64,000 nucleotides of DNA. Source: Clostridia bacterium (GTDB lineage: Bacteria; Bacillota; DAOUPZ01). Under the pieces are notes generated by a model. It saw only the letters and a list, made by a program, of their open reading frames with translations, made no database searches and had not been told where the DNA came from. Within the stretch, counting starts at the first letter, position 1. Every line of letters begins with the position of its first letter. Of the stretch, positions 61,400 to 64,000 are shown piece by piece. The stretch is from NCBI GenBank assembly GCA_030625885.1, contig DAOUPZ010000004.1:116623-180622 (forward strand), in the 5' to 3' direction. Made by a program: the position numbers and the translations under genes.

Positions 61400-62551
61400 T
61401 TATTTTCCAAAAATCAGTAAAGTTAATGTTTGATTCATATGCAAACCATTATGTTGCTCACCATAGGTATTAAATCCAACAACAGGGGCAACATGAAGGG
61501 CATCAAAAGATGCTTCCAGCGTTCCCAGTTTTAGTAATTCCTGATAGCGAAGGATGCAATTAAAAGCAATAATCGCGCCAATACCACCTAATTCTTGTTT
61601 TGCTTCTACCATGGCATCTTCGATCTCTTTAACCATCTTCCCAGGGCGCATAATGGCTACCCGGCTGCCCTCTGTCACATGGCAAAAAAACTTCAAGGCA
61701 TTTTTTTCAACCACTTTTAAAGGACTGCGAATATAATAATCATCACCGAAATGAATGGCAATCGGATGACTCATAAAGATATCCTCATTGAGCTTATCTG
61801 AAGAAATTCCTAATGCATGCGCATATTCTTCTGCAGCTGGCCTCCCATTAAATTCATAGACAATACGTTTTTCTAAGTCAGCCCTAGTAATCTTCAGTTT
61901 TTTATCTGAAGGCAAATAGCTTCTTACCCCCATTATTTTAAAAGGTGTGTCTGTCTTAAAAATCACAACCACTCCAGCATCTTCATATACTTTTCCCCGT
62001 GCATGAATCTGAGTATTTTGAAACTTAAAATCATCTCCAGCTGATCCACCTGCTACGCGCAATAATCGTACCGCTTTACTAATCCCTAGCATAAAATACT
62101 CTTCTACACTTTGAAGTCCGTCCACTAATACCAGTCCTGCATAATGCTTGCCATCAATATCATCTGTTGTAATTCCCAATTGTGAGCAAGCTTTTTCCAC
62201 AGCATGCTTTGCAGAACCAATAGGATTGGTACTGATTTTCTTAGCGATACCCACGCCAACTTCCAATTCTTCAGAAGCCATACTCATTGCCGTAAAACTT
62301 TTCGTTTTCACGCCTTCTGGTGTTATTTCTCCTGCAGAAGTACATCCAACGAATTCTACCCCCTCAAAATCCTCATCTTGAGCAACATACGCTTTGATTG
62401 CTTGTGAAATGAGTTCTTGATCATAATGACTGGATACAAAAAACAAGACATATTTCATATGCGCTTGCTTAATATTCTGAAGCACTTCAGTTACTAAACC
62501 CTTTTCATCTTTATTTGTGCTTACACTTGTTAAAAAAGAAATATGACTCAA
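61400..62551 (-). CDS. FIST-domain (FIST-N/FIST-C) sensor protein
   Basis: 383 aa; layout and motifs (VLFFVSSHYD...GCTSAGEI...; C-terminal GFNTYGEQ) consistent with FIST N and C domains. Confidence 0.65.
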   Translation of the reverse strand: MSHISFLTSVSTNKDEKGLVTEVLQNIKQAHMKYVLFFVSSHYDQELISQAIKAYVAQDEDFEGVEFVGCTSAGEITPEGVKTKSFTAMSMASEELEVGVGIAKKISTNPIGSAKHAVEKACSQLGITTDDIDGKHYAGLVLVDGLQSVEEYFMLGISKAVRLLRVAGGSAGDDFKFQNTQIHARGKVYEDAGVVVIFKTDTPFKIMGVRSYLPSDKKLKITRADLEKRIVYEFNGRPAAEEYAHALGISSDKLNEDIFMSHPIAIHFGDDYYIRSPLKVVEKNALKFFCHVTEGSRVAIMRPGKMVKEIEDAMVEAKQELGGIGAIIAFNCILRYQELLKLGTLEASFDALHVAPVVGFNTYGEQHNGLHMNQTLTLLIFGK

Positions 62552-62806
62552 AATAATTTCCCCCCCAGGAAAGCACTAAAATTTTATTCATTTAGTTCTT
62601 ATTATCTATTTTATATGATTGTATGAACGGTGTAAATAGGATATATCTAATATACCCGTTTATCATAACATATGATCACTTTGCTTTCCTTTTACTTATA
62701 TTGAAAACATTGGCATGCAATATGCATATAATATATTAATAAATAACCTTAAAAAATGACTAAAAAATTAACATATAAGAAGACTATTAAGGAAGGAGGA
62801 AATACA

Positions 62807-63235
62807 ATGATTCGAATGACACATAAACGTCCTTATAACCAGAAGAAAGCTTTAGAGCTTATTAAACTCGCGTGTAAAAAATCTATTTCACGATCCCTCT
62901 TTAACGCCAAAGGTATGGAAGGTATCTCTATTGTGAGCGATGAAAATATGGTGATGGTTAAAATATTCGGTAATGTTCAAAAGGCGTATCACTTTCTAAC
63001 ACTAACCAGGGAAGACATGGGGGATATAGATATAAAATTTATGGAACAGAATGTACTGGATCCTGAGCATCAAACAATCGTTGCCACCTGGTTTTTAAAT
63101 CCTGAAATTATAAAAGATGCTTATACAGAATTTAAAAAGTGTTCCACAATTACGATTCTTAATTTAAGTCAAGCCGTAGAAGAAATTGTGTTTAACCCAT
63201 ATCATTACCCCCCCCTCGCTTCATGCTCTCTCTAG
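62807..63235 (+). CDS. Hypothetical protein
   Basis: 142 aa from ATG preceded by AAGGAAGGAGG RBS; followed by a terminator; no family recognised. Confidence 0.4.
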   Translation: MIRMTHKRPYNQKKALELIKLACKKSISRSLFNAKGMEGISIVSDENMVMVKIFGNVQKAYHFLTLTREDMGDIDIKFMEQNVLDPEHQTIVATWFLNPEIIKDAYTEFKKCSTITILNLSQAVEEIVFNPYHYPPLASCSL

Positions 63236-63275
63236 CTACTAAAAAAGACGGCCTAACGCCGTCTTTTTTAGTAGC
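63236..63275. terminator. Bidirectional hairpin terminator
   Basis: aaaaaagacggcctaacgccgtctttttt: GC stem with A-run and T-run on either side. Confidence 0.5.
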
Positions 63276-63354
63276 TGACAGTTGACAGTAACACATTCAC
63301 AGTTAAAACGATAAAACCACTTACCCCGTTATTAGACTGGGTAAGTGGTTTTTT

Positions 63355-63430
63355 TGGTGGGCAATATTGGACTTGAACCAACGACTTCTTCCGTGTGAAG
63401 GAAGCACTCTCCCGCTGAGTTAATTGCCCA
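63355..63430 (-). tRNA. tRNA-Val (anticodon CAC)
   Basis: Minus-strand 76-nt sequence GGGCAATTAACTCAGCGGGAGAGTGCTTCCTTCACACGGAAGAAGTCGTTGGTTCAAGTCCAATATTGCCCACCA folds into a cloverleaf: 7-bp acceptor, D stem ACTC/GAGT, anticodon stem CTTCC/GGAAG, loop TTCACAC, T-arm GTTGG TTCAAGT CCAAT, encoded CCA. Confidence 0.8.
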
Positions 63431-63626
63431 TAATTATAAATTCACAATTAGTATAATATATTTTCCATAAAACAACAAATGCCAATATAGATGTTTTTCT
63501 CGCTTATTTTTTTCTAAAAACTCATTCGCTCTAATTATCGTGACTCAGCCTTTTTTTCCACACATTGCCACTGGCATGCTCTATTATGACCACGTAATAT
63601 AAGCAGAATATAAAATAACAACCTTC

Positions 63627-63980
63627 TTATAGCACAACATTATGTACCATATCTGATAATGTTTTTCCATATTTAATCACAATATTAATCGTTTCACCCA
63701 TCCATTTATCGATTCTCTCCTCCGACGTATCAGCCAATATGTCATCTGATATTCCAACAACAGACAAAACCGCTACGATTTCATCGCCAAATCCAAAAAC
63801 AGGAACCGCTAATCCCCTTGACTCACCATATTCCAAATTATTGACCGCATATCCTCGAAGGCGAATTTCAATTAATTCTTTGTTAAAGAGATTACGTTCT
63901 TTAATATCTTGTTCTGTTAGCTTTGAATTCATATTTTCTTTAAGTACTTTATCTTTCTTTAATTGAGCCATATTTGCCAT
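63627..63980 (-). pseudogene. Truncated IclR-family paralog (effector-binding C-terminal domain only; in-frame stop just upstream)
   Basis: NKELIEIRLRGYAVNN...AVPVFGFGDEIVAVLSVVG...IVIKYGKTLSDMVHNVVL aligns with the C-terminus of the IclR at 60501-61274; homology reaches the ORF start, but a TAG stop lies 18 nt upstream in frame; window ends at 64000. Confidence 0.45.
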
Positions 63981-64000
63981 AAATACTTTTCCTACTGTGC

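Noticed and set aside
62148-62407. Plus-strand ORFs antisense to the FIST-domain gene
   Set aside because: Fully antisense to a 383-aa gene with coherent domain structure; no RBS.
1-64000. Mobile element, prophage, defence-system or toxin-antitoxin genes
   Set aside because: No transposase, integrase, recombinase, phage structural, restriction-modification, Cas or toxin-antitoxin-like proteins recognisable in any frame; the only mobility hint is the tRNA plus the truncated IclR at the window edge.

Overview
The window reads as a low-GC, endospore-forming Firmicute chromosome with Bacillus-like synteny and almost every gene on the minus strand. From high to low coordinates on the minus strand, positions ~21.9-28.4 kb carry cinA / topA / trmFO / hslV / hslU / codY (with no xerC between trmFO and hslV). 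These lead directly into a long fla/che flagellar cluster at 1-21.6 kb: flgB, flgC, fliE-K, flgD, flgE, flbD, motAB, fliL, fliM, fliY, cheY, fliOPQR, flhB and the N-terminus of flhA. Positions 28.5-44.5 kb hold housekeeping and sporulation genes: cinA plus a standalone CinA-C domain, a short FtsH-like protease, pgsA, rimO, a YlaJ-like lipoprotein, a RodZ-like protein, a YerC/TrpR-like protein, sleB, scpAB, trpS, an M50 protease, and a DHH-CBS-poly(A) polymerase/CCA enzyme. The standout region is 45.1-57.4 kb, a tandem duplication of a five-gene module. Each copy encodes a 4x[4Fe-4S] ferredoxin, a tungsten-type aldehyde:ferredoxin oxidoreductase (AOR), and NuoE-like, NuoF-like and truncated NuoG-like subunits. 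That composition matches a heteromeric, probably flavin-based electron-bifurcating (Bfu/WOR-type) aldehyde oxidoreductase. Each copy has an internal terminator-like hairpin between the AOR and NuoE-like genes and a conserved long 5' leader. A MoaD-like protein ending in Gly-Gly is appended to one copy only. The AOR and ferredoxin genes are nearly identical between copies, while the Nuo-like genes are much more diverged. Downstream, at 57.9-64 kb, lie an ECF-transporter S component, an iron-containing alcohol dehydrogenase, an IclR regulator, a FIST-domain sensor, a tRNA-Val(CAC) and a truncated IclR paralog. Intergenic regions across the whole window carry a dispersed family of hairpin-forming repeats built from tandem 6-8-nt words, on both strands. 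No CRISPR array, transposase or integrase was seen. Protein identifications rest on recognisable motifs in the supplied translations. Exact start codons are inferences; the ORF track counts GTG/TTG as Met, and several starts were moved to internal ATG codons with better ribosome-binding sites.
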